From: Ranitomeya imitator
Lineage: Eukaryota
Assembly (NCBI RefSeq): GCF_032444005.1
Contig: NC_091282.1
Location: forward strand, 1,129,516,001-1,129,580,000
DNA length: 64,000 nucleotides
Direction: 5' to 3'
Translations under genes and position numbers: made by a program
Notes under the pieces: model-generated
What the model was told of the DNA's origin: nothing
The model's database searches: none
The model's input: only the letters and a program-made list of their open reading frames with translations
In this document: piece after piece, positions 46,296 through 58,556 of the stretch
How positions within the stretch are numbered: position 1 is the first letter of the stretch
Layout of the letters: each line of letters opens with the position of its first letter

Positions 46296-48924
46296 CTGTA
46301 TATATACCTATTCTATGTGTACATATTTATTCTACCTATTCTACTGTAAGCTGTCAGTGTGATTTTACTGTACACCGCACTGAATTACCGGCTTTTCTCT
46401 CTAACAGCGCTGCGTATTTCTCGCAAGTCACACTGCTGGTCCGTGTGTGATCCGTATTTTTGGGGCTTCCATAGACTTTCATTGACGTTTAATTTGCGCA
46501 ATACGGTGACAAACGCAGCATGCTGCGATTTTCTACCGCCGTAGATAGCCGTATAATACTGATCAGTTTAATACGGCAGATAGGAGCAGGGGCATAGAGA
46601 ATAATTGTGCCATACGTTTTGCGAGTTTTATGGACGTAGTTTCTGCGCTGTGTGAAGCCGGCCTCAGAGGCAGAGGTGAATGATGGAAGAGGGACCGTCA
46701 GCTGACGCTCTCTCCTCAATCATTGCTTTGAACTGTACTGACGTCACAGACGCCGGTATAGTTGAATGCATCGGCGTTGGCGGGGGAAGTCAGCGCTGGC
46801 GGGGGGAGTCGGTGCTGGCGGCAGAGGACTGGCTCGGGGCCCCTGGGGGAGCGGGAGCCCTAGGCAGCTGCCTGGTATGCATACCCCTAATGCCAGTCCT
46901 GGATATGAGCCAATGTGATATATGGCCTGATGCTGGTTTACCTCACCATTTCCCTTTGCACTATTTTTCATAAACGTCCTCAAGATAACCCTAACTATTC
47001 GTCGAGAGATAGCAAGAAAAAAAAAAGAGAGAATATCAGCAAGTAAGGATGTCACATGGCTGAATCTGATTTCCTAGTAATGAACTAATAATTCTTACTC
47101 CGACGACTCATAATTGTTTGTGTTGTCATAGCATTAAGAGGATGACACTACTGTATTGTGCCACATTGAATCTTACATTTTATCTGATGTTTGGGTTACT
47201 ATATTACTGTGATCTATTATCTTGCTTTTACAGGAGCAAATATTAATCATTCTTTCTTTTTTTCCATTGTCAGTGTAATAATCCAGCCTTAATGATGTAG
47301 GTTAAGGACACATCTCTGCAAATTATTTTTACTGCACAAACTACAATGGCAGAAAAATGATCTAATATTATTTAATTTATGTTTTCGTTAGCAATGTTGC
47401 TATAGTAATGTATCAGCTGAAGGATCTGTGGGCAGAGAAGACGAATAGTATATGTTAAGATTAGACAAGAGTACAAAAAATTGTCATTTTTTCAGGATAC
47501 AGAACAGATGGTTATTCAACCATATGGTGCTCCGTATGTGCTAAAATCATATCCGCATGTGATCCATCCTTTACATCCATAGTACATTTGTTTTTTTACA
47601 ACAGCACAAAAAAGGGATCATTTACTGTTTTATTTCTGCAGCAGAAGCATTTAAAAACGAATGACACACAGATAGTGTTTTACACGGTCCCTATTTTTTG
47701 TGTATGCACTCATGGAGTTCAATGGGTAAGCCCTTTCCAGAAATTAAATATGAGTAGTATATGCCACTGATGTGTTCACACAGCCACGGTGTCCATGCGG
47801 AAGAATATTACTCTGATTTGTGCCATTGACTTACATTAGTCGTAGTTCTGTCCGTGTGCAGGTTATCGTGCACAGACGGAAATTATGCTCATCTGGACTC
47901 AGCATTGGGCCCCATTCACGTAAATGTTCTATCTGGGATTTTTATGGACAGAACATGTACCTAGAATAGTTTATGGGCAAAAACAAGCTGCAGAAGGTGA
48001 ATGTGGAGGAAGACATAGACTTGGCAAAGGCAGGGAACGAGGCAGAAAGGCAAAGTGAGAATGATGATGATGACGACACACGCCATGATGACCAAGTGGG
48101 TGACAAAAATCAATAGGGGGTGGATGTGCAGTACCTGACTGCTGTCACTATCAGTAGAGGGAGCAGCTCCGTAACTGAGCATTTTTGGTCGCTGCTGGCA
48201 CAGATGACACCCCCACTAATCAGACATTAGAACATCAATCAGACATTTATAGAACATCAATGTTAAAGTTGTGGACAACCTCTTTCAAAACAGTGCACCT
48301 GTTTTGTCTCCCTAAATAAAGGGATCATTTCTGATGGTTTGTAAGAAAGCTATTGGAAAAAGCAAAGCTCTCCGAACAAGAATAATTTGGTACTACCTGT
48401 GTGAAAAAGCCACGACTTCTTCTATTTGCACTGCCCATGTATACAGATCATTTTTGGACTCTTTTTACAATTAAAGGGGAATAACAAATCTGATACTGTG
48501 TATCTGATAGGTTGACGTCACTTGGAAATTAATAAGGCTGTGTCTGCATTATAGAGCTCAAAACAGGGTCAGTATAAACCAAGGAGACCACAGAGTGTTA
48601 TACAACTGTAGACACTTTCAGCAATGTGATTTGCAAAAATTGTGTTCGCCATGACTCAAACGTTTACTAACAATGAAAACTTAGGTTGTGAGGACATGAC
48701 AGCTTTGCCCGTAACATAGGTCACATGGCTAAAGATTGCCATCAGCCACATCACAGCATAAAGCAAGTAGAAGTTGCATTTTGACCAGCAATGCAGCATG
48801 ACAATGACAAGCAAGTCACAAAAGGCCAGAACCAACTGGATTATTTGTCACAGTACTTTCAATTTATTTGTATTAAACTGCAATGTACTAGTAGCATACA
48901 GGGTTCTTTGGCTGCAAGCCTTAA

Positions 48925-50576
48925 AAGGGTTGGCCAATAAAAACAAATTATTAAACAGTTACTATAATCTATCTGCATCTGCTGATTGGCGAGTGTCCCA
49001 CCTCTGGTACCCGCACCGATAAGTAGATGAGGGAACTTTAAGCCCCACTTAGAAATGAAGCAGCAGGTCCCCCGACTTGAGTTCCATTCATACCCTATGG
49101 GCAGGAGCGTGCAGTCCATAGCTGCAAACCTTGCTATGCCATGTGCCCCATAAGCTAGGGGGGCCAGTGCCGCTCAGCAACTGGGCCTTCCTTCCCATCC
49201 ATCATCAAAATTTCACCTGTGTCCACATCTACAGGAGGAGGGCGCCATTGAGTAGAATGATAGATCAGGGCGCCAAAGACTAAGTGATCCACCTTTCATT
49301 CAGAGCCTGTGAGTCTGAAAGTCCATGCACTCGAGGTGCAACAACATCACTCCATCTCAATTACAGTGCGGATTAGTGTTTTTGTTTTAAATGTCAGCAG
49401 CTATAGGGACCCTCACACTGAGTGGAGAGCTGTGGGGATTTCATATTGAGGGGAATTGAGAAGATCCTTACACTGAACTTGGGGTTGTGGAACCATCATA
49501 ATGAATGGGAGACTGTCACCACAGTGGGAGCTTATGGGGCTATCATACTGAGTGGGGGACTGTGGGAACATCATACTGAGTGGGGGACTGTGGGAACATC
49601 ATACTGAGTGGGGGACTGTAGGAACATCATACTGAGTGGGGGACTGTGGGAACATCATACTGAGTGGTGGCTGTGGGGTGAGTCATAATCAGAGGGGACT
49701 TTGGGGTGAATCATACTGAGTGAGGGTCTGTGGAGGGCATCATACTGAGCAGAGGACTACTGTAAGTGGGCAATCTCACTTAGTAAGGGACTGTGGGAGC
49801 ATCAGACCAAGGGGCAATCATACTGTGCAATGGCTGTGAGGGCCATAATACTGAGGGGTGGGCTGTGGGATATCATACTGAGGACTGGGGGAGTGATCAA
49901 ACTGAGGGCTGTGTGGGGATCATACTGAATGGGGGCCATCATATTGAATAGGGGATGTGGGAGCATCATACTGAGGGGCTGTGGGGGCATCATATTAAAG
50001 GGCCATCATACTGTATGGGGACTGTGGAGTGTCTGATATGGTTGTGGGGCATCATACTGACAAGCCATCACACTGTGTGGGGGCCATGATACTATGCGTG
50101 CTTTAGAGCCATCATGCTGTGGAGGTATTATATTGTGTTGGGGACACTGTGGGGACATCATACTTTGCTGGAGGCACAGTGGATTCATCATATTTATGTG
50201 TGAGTGGGCAGTGGAGTGAAATGGGGAGGAATTCACTGTCGGGATATCATACACTTTATGGGTGGGGGGCATTTTGGGAGCATCAAACTCAAGGAAGGAG
50301 ATATGACCCCATCTACTTTGCCAAATATTTGTTTTGGGGATGAGGGGGCGCCACTGCCTATGGGTCTGCCATTAAAAAAAAATAGAGCAGCACCCGATAG
50401 CCTTATGAGGATTGAATGGAGCAGTGCACTGCCGCTCCATTCTAATGTGGATAAAAGTTTCCCGTTCTGCCCATGTGGGTAGTTCACAGCAGTTGCCACC
50501 CCTACCCCTTCACTGATGAACAAGTTATAAGTTTTCCTGTGGGTAATTGATAACTTGTTTTCACTGAGCAACCCCT
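48925..50576. mobile_element. T2-type MITE split by a hAT insertion
   Basis: TTAA at 48921-48924 and 50577-50580; termini AAGGGTTG.. / ..CAACCCCT. Confidence 0.6.
49102..50356. mobile_element. hAT-type MITE carrying a 28-bp minisatellite (CATCATACTGAGTGGGGGACTGTGGGAA)
   Basis: Exact 8-bp TSD CCTATGGG (49094-49101, 50357-50364); weak CAG..CTG termini; array clearest at 49535-49670. Confidence 0.7.
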
Positions 50577-50627
50577 TTAAAGGAAATCTGTTGTCAGGTT
50601 TTTGCCACTTAATCTGAAAGTAGCATA

Positions 50628-52240
50628 CAGGTCCTTCTCAAAAAATTAGCATATAGTGTTAAATTTCATTATTTACCATAATGTAATGATTACAATTAAA
50701 CTTTCATATATTATAGATTCATTATCCACCAACTGAAATTTGTCAGGTCTTTTATTGTTTTAATACTGATGATTTTGGCATACAACTCCTGATAACCCAA
50801 AAAACCTGTCTCAATAAATTAGCATATTTCACCCATCCAATCAAATAAAAGTGTTTTTTTAATAACAAACAAAAAAACCATCAAATAATAATGTTCAGTT
50901 ATGCACTCAATACTTGGTCGGGAATCCTTTTGCAGAAATGACTGCTTCAATGCGGCGTGGCATGGAGGCAATCAGCCTGTGACACTGCTGAGATGTTATG
51001 GAGGCCCAGGATGCTTCAATAGCGGCCTTAAGCTCATCCAGAGTGTTGGGTCTTGCGTCTCTCAACTTTCTCTTCACAATATCCCACAGATTCTCTATGG
51101 GGTTCAGGTCAGGAGAGTTGGCAGGCCAATTGAGCACAGTAATACCATGGTCAGTAAACCATTTACCAGTGGTTTTGGCACTGTGAGCAGGTGCCAGGTC
51201 GTGCTGAAAAATGAAATCTTCATCTCCATAAAGCATTTCAGCCGATGGAAGCATGAAGTGCTCCAAAATCTCCTGATAGCTAGCTGCATTGACCCTGCCC
51301 TTGATGAAACACAGTGGACCAACACCAGCAGCTGACATGGCACCCCACACCATCACTGACTGTGGGTACTTGACACTGGACTTCAGGCATTTTGGCATTT
51401 CCTTCTCAGCAGTCTTCCTCCAGACTCTGGCACCTTGATTTCCGAATGACATGCAAAATTTGCTTTCATCAGAAAAAAGTACTTGGGACCACTTAGCAAC
51501 AGTCCAGTGCTGCTTCTCTGTAGCCCAGGTCAGGCTCCTCTGCCGCTGTTTATGGTTCAAAAGTGGCTTTACCTGGGGAATGCGGCACCTGTAGCCCATT
51601 TCCTGCACACGCCTGTGCACGGTGGCTCTGGATGTTTCCACACCAGACTCAGTCCACTGCTTCCTCAGGTTCCCCAAGGTCTGGAATCGGTCCTTCTCCA
51701 CAATCTTCCTCAGGGTCCGGTCTCCTCTTCTCGTTGTACAGCGTTTTCTGCCACATTGTTTCCTTCCAACAGACTTACCATTGAGGTGCCTTGATACAGC
51801 ACTCTGGGAACAGCCTATTTGTTGAGAAATTTCTTTCTGGGTCTTACCCTCTTGCTTGAGGGTGTCAATGATGGCCTTCTTGACATCTGTCAGGTCGCTA
51901 GTCTTACCCATGATGGGGGTTTTGAGTAATGAACCAGGCAGGGAGTTTATAAAAGCCTCAGGTATCTTTTGCATGTGTTTAGAGTTAATTAGTTGATTCA
52001 GAAGATTAGGGTAATAGGTCATTTAGAGAACCTTTTCTTGATATGCTAATTTATTGAGACAGGTTTTTTGGGTTATCAGGAGTTGTATGCCAAAATCATC
52101 AGTATTAAAACAATAAAAGACCTGACAAATTTCAGTTGGTGGATAATGAATCTATAATATATGAAAGTTTAATTGTAATCATTACATTATGGTAAATAAT
52201 GAAATTTAACACTATATGCTAATTTTTTGAGAAGGACCTG
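50628..52240 (-). mobile_element. Apparently intact Tc1 (DD34E, IR/DR-type) transposon, 1613 bp
   Basis: TA TSD (50626-50627, 52241-52242). 200-bp TIRs (50628-50827, 52041-52240) with no mismatch found by eye; AAATTAGCATAT repeated at the outer and inner ends of each TIR; uninterrupted transposase ORF. Confidence 0.97.
50907..51911 (-). CDS. Tc1 transposase, 334 aa
   Basis: MGKTSDLTDVKK start; paired-like HTH and GRK/NLS-like region (CGRKRCTTRR); catalytic VLFSDESKF, FQHDLAPAH, SPDLNPIENLW with exactly 34 residues between D and E; ends KGFPTKY*. Confidence 0.95.
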   Translation of the reverse strand: MGKTSDLTDVKKAIIDTLKQEGKTQKEISQQIGCSQSAVSRHLNGKSVGRKQCGRKRCTTRRGDRTLRKIVEKDRFQTLGNLRKQWTESGVETSRATVHRRVQEMGYRCRIPQVKPLLNHKQRQRSLTWATEKQHWTVAKWSQVLFSDESKFCMSFGNQGARVWRKTAEKEMPKCLKSSVKYPQSVMVWGAMSAAGVGPLCFIKGRVNAASYQEILEHFMLPSAEMLYGDEDFIFQHDLAPAHSAKTTGKWFTDHGITVLNWPANSPDLNPIENLWDIVKRKLRDARPNTLDELKAAIEASWASITSQQCHRLIASMPRRIEAVISAKGFPTKY

Positions 52241-53433
52241 TAATATGAGACAGAGAGCCTGATTCCAATGATGTGTCATTTAATTATTTGCTTGCTGTAG
52301 TTCTGATAAAAATCATTGTTTTATCAGTAGGAGATTATCACTAGAGGACTAGTAAACCTGCTGTCATGTTGTCATCCATATTCATGAACTCTGTCTAAGT
52401 CTGCCCCCACCACAATTTTCTGCCTATGCACAGTATACACAGAAAGCTGTCAATCAGTGGGGTGGGCAGAGTTCGGCCTTCAGAGAACTGCTATGTCTGC
52501 AGTAGTAAAAACACTGATTTTATCAAAACTGCAGCAAGCAGCACAGTGATACATCAGTGGAATCAAGATCTCTGCCCCTACATTATTCTGCACTCAGAAG
52601 TGGTAGCAAAAACTTAGTGATAAATTCCCTTTATGTTTACCAGGTGTGGGAATAAGTTATTGCAGTATTCAGCACAATTTGTTATGTGCTACCTAGACCC
52701 CTGGGTAATTGATCCTAGAAACAAAATGCTGACTTGATTGCACTGCTTGTAAAGCCTGAGTTCAGTAAGACTGCACTGATTAAGCTAATTTCAGTTCTTT
52801 ATGTGCATTGACTTGTAACCTTTTTGGTTTCATGTATCAGATGATTTAATGTCCTTTCTGTATAAGTAGATTCCAGACCCAGTTTACTGTGCTCTCATAA
52901 AATAAATGAGCGACCATAATACAAGCCCCTGTAGGATTTCAACACATAAAGGACAAGACTTCTACATAAATTTTATTATTTACTGTCAGCAGCAGAATGG
53001 GAGCTGCTCATGAAGACATGAAAGTCTTACAGTGTATTAGTTAAGATGCTACATATGAAAATTGTCTAAAAGCAAAACCAATAACAACCAATCACCGCAC
53101 AGTTTCCATTGTTCATAAAAGATGAAAGCTGCACTGAGATTGGTTGCTATGGGCAACAGTGACAATTTTGGTTTCAGATAGTTTTCTAAAATCTCCAATG
53201 TACCAATCATATGGATTTTTTCTCATTCATGGGACCCATACCTCCCAACTTGGAAGGCCAGGAAACAGGGACCGATAAGCCACATCCTTAAACCATGCAG
53301 TTTATTTTTGTGCGACCATACAAAAATAGTGCCGTTAATGAAGCCCCATAGTGTTTCATACTGTTCATTGTTCCTTTTATGGCCTCCACAAAGTTTAATG
53401 CCGTAGAGATGCTCCCACGTAGACTGATGGTAC

Positions 53434-54051
53434 TGTAACAGGGGCCAGGGCTGTAGTCGTGGCTTTCAATGGTGGCTGCTTTAGCGCACCCTGGCCCTCC
53501 ATCACATGCACACAATTTCCCAGCGGTAGCGTACCTTTTTGTCCGCTTTCCTGTCCATCTTGGTCCTCTCTGGTTCGCTGTGGGTTTCTCTCTTAAGACT
53601 CCATATAAAGAGAGACAGAGTCAAGTTCCAACTTAAAACAAACAATTTTACTTACAGTAGTTCCTTTTTCAGCTCGTCCAGTTCACATTTAGGTACAGCA
53701 CAAGATACTTCACAAGACACGACATTTTCTGTTCCTGTTCTGTCCCTCTCTTCTTTAGGAATACCACAGGGTCGCACCGTTGTTCCCGGTAACTGCAGCA
53801 CTCGGTCTGACCAGTCTGACTAAATGTAGGAGTTCCCGGTCTGTTTCGCACCAGACACGCAGGCGTCTTCTTAAGTAGCTGACCGCCATCATGACAAAGC
53901 TGCCCTGTATTCCTCTGCTTCTTGGCAATCATTACTCCTAGACCCTGGACAAGCTGGGCTCCTTCACTTGAGAAACGTTACATGGCTCAACTGCCCTGCA
54001 CAGGCTCAGAGACCCTTCTCACTAAATGCAGGAAGCTCTCTACACCTTACA
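53434..54051. mobile_element. Possible solo LTR
   Basis: TGTAA..TTACA termini and LTR-like size, but no matching TSD. Confidence 0.35.
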
Positions 54052-54813
54052 CAGATCTGCGGTTTTGCTACGGAGTTGGGTGCGAGAAACGCAGTAGATT
54101 GGGAGGAGGAAGAGTGTGTTGGCGGAGATTGTGTGGGCGGAGAAGATGTGCGTGTTTGTGTGCGGGTGTTTGTGTGTATCTGTGTGTGCCTTCGGGGATC
54201 TGCGGGTGTGTGCGGGGCTGTGTGTGTGTGCAGGGATCTGCAGGTGTGTGCGGAGCTGTGTGTGTGTGCAGGGGTCTGCAGGTGTGTGCAGGGCTGTATG
54301 TGTGTGTGTGCGGGTCTGTATGTAGGTAGGCATCTCCCGATGGGACTACTAGTCCCATCCAGCCATGCCTGCTACAATGACAGCTAGCCAATGATGGGAC
54401 AGCAGTAGTACCATCATCCGGCTACTGTATTCAAGTGTAAAAAAAACAAACACATACACACATATACAGTACATTCATATATACATACATATACATACTC
54501 ACCATACAGCTAATCCCCTACGCCCTCGATCACCTGTAAAAAAAAAAAAATAATAAACCAACAGTATACTCCGTGTTGCGATGTAATCCATTTAATAATG
54601 AGTGTCCCCCTATTTTAATAGCCAGTAAAGGCTAAATATACAGCTGCGGGCTGAGATTCATAGCCTGGGAAGATCCATGGGTATTAACCCCTTCCTAGGC
54701 TATAAACATCGGCCCCCAGTTGCTGGCTTTCCCTCTCTGGCGCAGAAAATTGTGCGGGAGCCCATGCCATTTTTTTTTCAACTTTTTTTTAATTAAACAG
54801 ATATTGCGCTTAA

Positions 54814-55009
54814 GGCCAGGGTCACACTTGCGAGAAACTCGCACAAGTCTCTCGTATCAATACCCGGCACTGCCACAGGCACACAGGACCGGAGTGTGCG
54901 GAAGCATGTATTTCTATGAATCTGAATGCTACGGTCCCAAGTGCCGGTGGCAGTGCCGGGTATTGATACGAGAGACTCATGCGAGTTTCTCACAAGCGTG
55001 ACCCCGGCC
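54814..55009. mobile_element. Harbinger-type hairpin MITE (196 bp)
   Basis: TAA TSD on both sides; GGCCAGGGTCACAC / GCGTGACCCCGGCC termini; folds back along most of its length. Confidence 0.85.
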
Positions 55010-55593
55010 TAATGCAGATTTTGTGCGTGTGTCTTTATTTAACTCTTTAAGTACCATTTTATTATGTTTATTACTAAACATCGGGCTTGGTATTATTTAT
55101 CTATCTGTTCTGGCACCCTCAACTTTGGGCTTAAGAAATGCGAGTTGACAGACAACTAAACTCTTTCATATCGATGCATTGAGGTAGACGCAGGGGGTAC
55201 TTCGCAACTTTTATTGATAGGATCAGTGTAAAACTATAAGAAAAAATGAAAGTACTCAGTACAAGGCATACAACATATCTAAATACATAGCATTATGTAT
55301 GGTACAGGATATTCACAGTTTAATTGCACAACATGGCGGTAGTGTAATATCAAAAGACTACTTTGATATAAAACATGTAGAACAGAGTAGCTACATAATA
55401 CAATACGGTGAGCTCTAACAAGGGGAAAACTGTGCTATGTGGAGGTAAGCAACCAGATGGGCTGAAAATCAGGGAGAGATAATCAGCATGTCAGCATCCA
55501 TGAGGCCAAAATGACTGCTGGAGAAGAAGGAGGGAAGGCTAATGCAGAGGCTGATGGGGAACTACAGAAGCCTTGATGAGCCTTAAATATTAA

Positions 55594-57100
55594 AGGTACT
55601 GTCACACTAGACGATATCGCTAGCGATCCGTGACGTTGCAGCGTCCTCGCTAGCGATATCGTCCAGTGTGACAGGCAGCAGCGATCAGGCCCCTGCTGGG
55701 AGATCGCTGGTCGGGGAAGAAAGTCCAGAACTTTATTTCGTCGCTGGACTCCCCGTAGACATCGCTGAATCGGCGTGTGTGACACCGATTCAGCGATGTC
55801 TTTGCTGGTAACTAGTGTTGAGCATTCCGATACCGCAAGTATCGGGTATCGGCCGATACTTGCGGTATCGGAATTCCGATGCCGAGATCCGATATTTTTG
55901 TGATATCGGGTATCGGTATCGGAAGTGTAAAATAAAGAATTAAAATAAAAAATATTGTTATATTCACCTCTCCGGCGGCCCCTGGACATCAGCGGGAGGA
56001 TCCGGCGTCCGGCACGGCTTCTTTCTTCAAAATGCGCGCCTTCAGGACCTGTGGAATGACGTCCCGGCTTCTGATTGGTCGCGTGCCGCCCATGTGACCG
56101 CCACGCGACCAATCAGAAGCCGCGACGTCATTCCTCAGCTAAAGTCCTAGAATGAGCGCCTTCTAGGACCTGAGGAATGACGTCGCGGCTTCTGATTGGT
56201 CGCGTGGCGGTCACATGGGCGGCACGCGACCAATCAGAAGCCGGGACGTCATTCCACAGGTCCTGAAGGCGCGCATTTTGAAGAAAGAAGCCGTGCCGGA
56301 CGCCGGATCCTCCCGCTGATGTCCAGGGGCCGCCGGAGAGGTGAATATAACAATATTTTTTATTTTAATTCTTTATTTTACACTTTAATATGGATCCCAG
56401 GGCCTGAAGGAGAGTTTCCTCTCCTTCAGACCCTGGGATCCATGAGGATACATTCCGATACTTGATGTCCCATTGACTTGTATTGGTATCGGATATCGGT
56501 ATCGGCGATATCCGATATTTTTCGGGTATCGGCCGATACTATCCGATACCGATACTTTCAAGTATCGGACGGTATCGCTCAACACTACTGGTAACCAGGG
56601 TAAACATCGGGTAACTAAGCGCAGGGCCGCGCTTAGTAACCCGATGTTTACCCTGGTTACCATCCTAAGAGTAAAAAAACAAACAGTACATACTTACCTA
56701 CAGCCGTCTGTCCTCCAGCGCTGTGCTCTGCTCTCCTCCTGCTCTGGCTGTGAGCGTCGGTCAGCCGGAAAGCAGAGCGGTGATGTCACCGCTCTGCTTT
56801 CTGGCTGCCTGGAGCTCACAGCCAGACCAGAGAAGCAGAGCGCCGAGGACAGACAGCGGTAGGTAAGTATGTAGCGTTTGTTTTTTTACTTTTTAGGATG
56901 GTAACCAGGGTAAACATCGGGTTACTAAGCGCGGCCCTGCGCTTAGTTACCCGATGTTTACCCTGGTTACCGGGGACCTCGGGATCGTTGGTCGCTGGAG
57001 AGCTGTCTGTGTGACAGCTCTCCAGCGACCAAACAGCGACGCTGCAGCGATCCGGATCGTTGTCGGTATCGCTGCAGCGTCGCTATGTGTGACGGTACCT
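55594..57100. mobile_element. Harbinger-type palindromic MITE hosting a hAT MITE
   Basis: TAA TSD (55591-55593, 57101-57103); TIR AGGTACTGTCACAC / GTGTGACGGTACCT; internal palindrome ~56596-56975. Confidence 0.85.
55813..56587. mobile_element. hAT-type MITE with a ~460-bp internal palindrome (family of 24042-24712, opposite orientation)
   Basis: TIR TAGTGTTGAGC; exact 8-bp TSD CTGGTAAC (55805-55812, 56588-56595). Confidence 0.9.
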
Positions 57101-57711
57101 TAAATTGCACAGTAAGCAATGAAACAGAAAGTAAGCTGTAATTAGAACATTGTCAATAGATGGTGCTGTTGGATAAGTTATCACAATGCACCACAGTTCA
57201 ATGCAAGCATAGCAAAACTGATTATATGCATTTGTATAAAGGCATGACACTATCTAGCTATAGATCTATCAATCTACCTATCTATCTGTGTGTGTAAACA
57301 TTATTCTTCAATGAAGTATGTAAATGAAGAGGTTGGACAAGAAATGACATCACCATTCTTTTTTTTTGTTAAATAACAGATCTTTATTTAGCCTACAAAA
57401 ATGCATACAAATCCGCATGAAAAAAAACCATGAAAATCCACATCAAAAATGCATCAAATCTGCATGGATTTTTACCAGCGTTTTCTGCCAAGAGATGCAG
57501 AATCTGCGCAGAAAATCCCACAGGCAAATCTGCAACGTGTGCACATAGCCTAACCAAGATCTCAGGAGGAGCAGTATCTCTTTAGACTGCAGGCCCTTCT
57601 GACACATGACTAGGATAGGCTGCTGTTTGATTAACGTGACAGGGGCCATTTTATTATAGTCTTGGAGGATCATTTTAATGTAAATTTTTTGTGCAAATTT
57701 CAACCCTTTAA

Positions 57712-58101
57712 GGCTACTTTCACACTAGCGTCGGATTCGGCCCGTCGCATTGCGTCAGGCCGAGATTCCGACGCTAGCGTTTGATGCGCCGCACAACGGG
57801 TGCAGCGGATGCATTTCTCTGGCGCATCCTCTGCCCCATTGTGAGGTGCGGGGTGGTGGGGGGCGGAGTTCCGGCCGCGCATGCGCGGTCGGAAAAAGCG
57901 GTCCGTCGGCAGCAAAAAACATTACATTTAACGTTTTTTGCTCCCGGCGGTCTGCCACAGCACGGCGCAACCGTCGCAATGCGTCGGTAATGTTACTCTA
58001 TGGGGCAAAAACGCATCCTGCAAACAACCTTGCAGGATGCGTTTTTTCCCCTAAACGGCGCATTGCGACGTATTCAAAAACACGCCAGTGTGAAAGTAGC
58101 C
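57712..58101. mobile_element. Harbinger-type MITE (390 bp)
   Basis: Perfect TIR GGCTACTTTCACACT / AGTGTGAAAGTAGCC; TAA TSD. Confidence 0.88.
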
Positions 58102-58513
58102 TAATGCAAGTTTAAAATGGTGGCAACATAAATTTATTTGTCCAATTACTTTTAAGACAGCTATGACCTGTCCAGAATATATAATTTTTAAGTCTTTTAT
58201 GTAAGCATGCAATTATTAATATTTCATGGAAAAAAGTGATCCATGCCCATTTTCTCTACATTTTTGGTTTTTGGCCCATGTACATAAAAAGGGTTATAAT
58301 TGGTGTAAAACATTAGTACAATTGGTTTAGGCATGTATGACAATAACAAAATTACTATTTATGCAGCAATATAAGTACAAACATAATGATACATTTCCTC
58401 CATTGTGTCTTACGATATTCTGTGGATGGTACAAAAAATATAAGACTAAGAATTATATGCTAAGACTGATATGCTTTCAACACCTGGATCCTTTTACACT
58501 ACATGCATAGGTG

Positions 58514-58554
<41 letters not shown>

Positions 58555-58556
<2 letters not shown>

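Larger units (their letters stand above)
43771..46663. mobile_element. Harbinger-type non-autonomous element hosting Penelope-like and Helitron inserts
   Basis: Perfect TIR GGCCGGCTTCACAC / GTGTGAAGCCGGCC; 3-bp TSD TCA (43768-43770, 46664-46666). Confidence 0.85.
34448..46901. mobile_element. Outer hAT-type non-autonomous element (12.45 kb including nested insertions)
   Basis: Exact 8-bp TSD GATATGAG (34440-34447, 46902-46909). Left terminus TAGG|GCTGG is split by the inner hAT; right terminus ATGCCAGTCCTG. Confidence 0.8.
50581..52630. mobile_element. T2-type MITE split by the intact Tc1
   Basis: Starts AGGAAATCTG right after TTAA (shared with the previous MITE); ends ..AAATTCCCT followed by TTAT. 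Confidence 0.6.

Noticed and set aside
47973-48116. Short acidic peptide MGKNKLQKVNVEEDIDL..DDDDD as a possible host exon
   Set aside because: 47 codons, no convincing splice sites, no recognisable family; the acidic run comes from a (GAT)n microsatellite.
51912-52022. 37-aa N-terminal extension of the Tc1 ORF given in the ORF track (371 aa)
   Set aside because: Starts at a non-ATG codon just inside the TIR; Tc1 transposases begin at the MGK.. methionine (51911), giving the typical ~335-345 aa size.
55483-56465. Two ORFs with identical N-termini on opposite strands (55483-56112 minus, 56196-56465 plus) suggesting a divergent gene pair
   Set aside because: A direct consequence of the MITE's internal palindrome.
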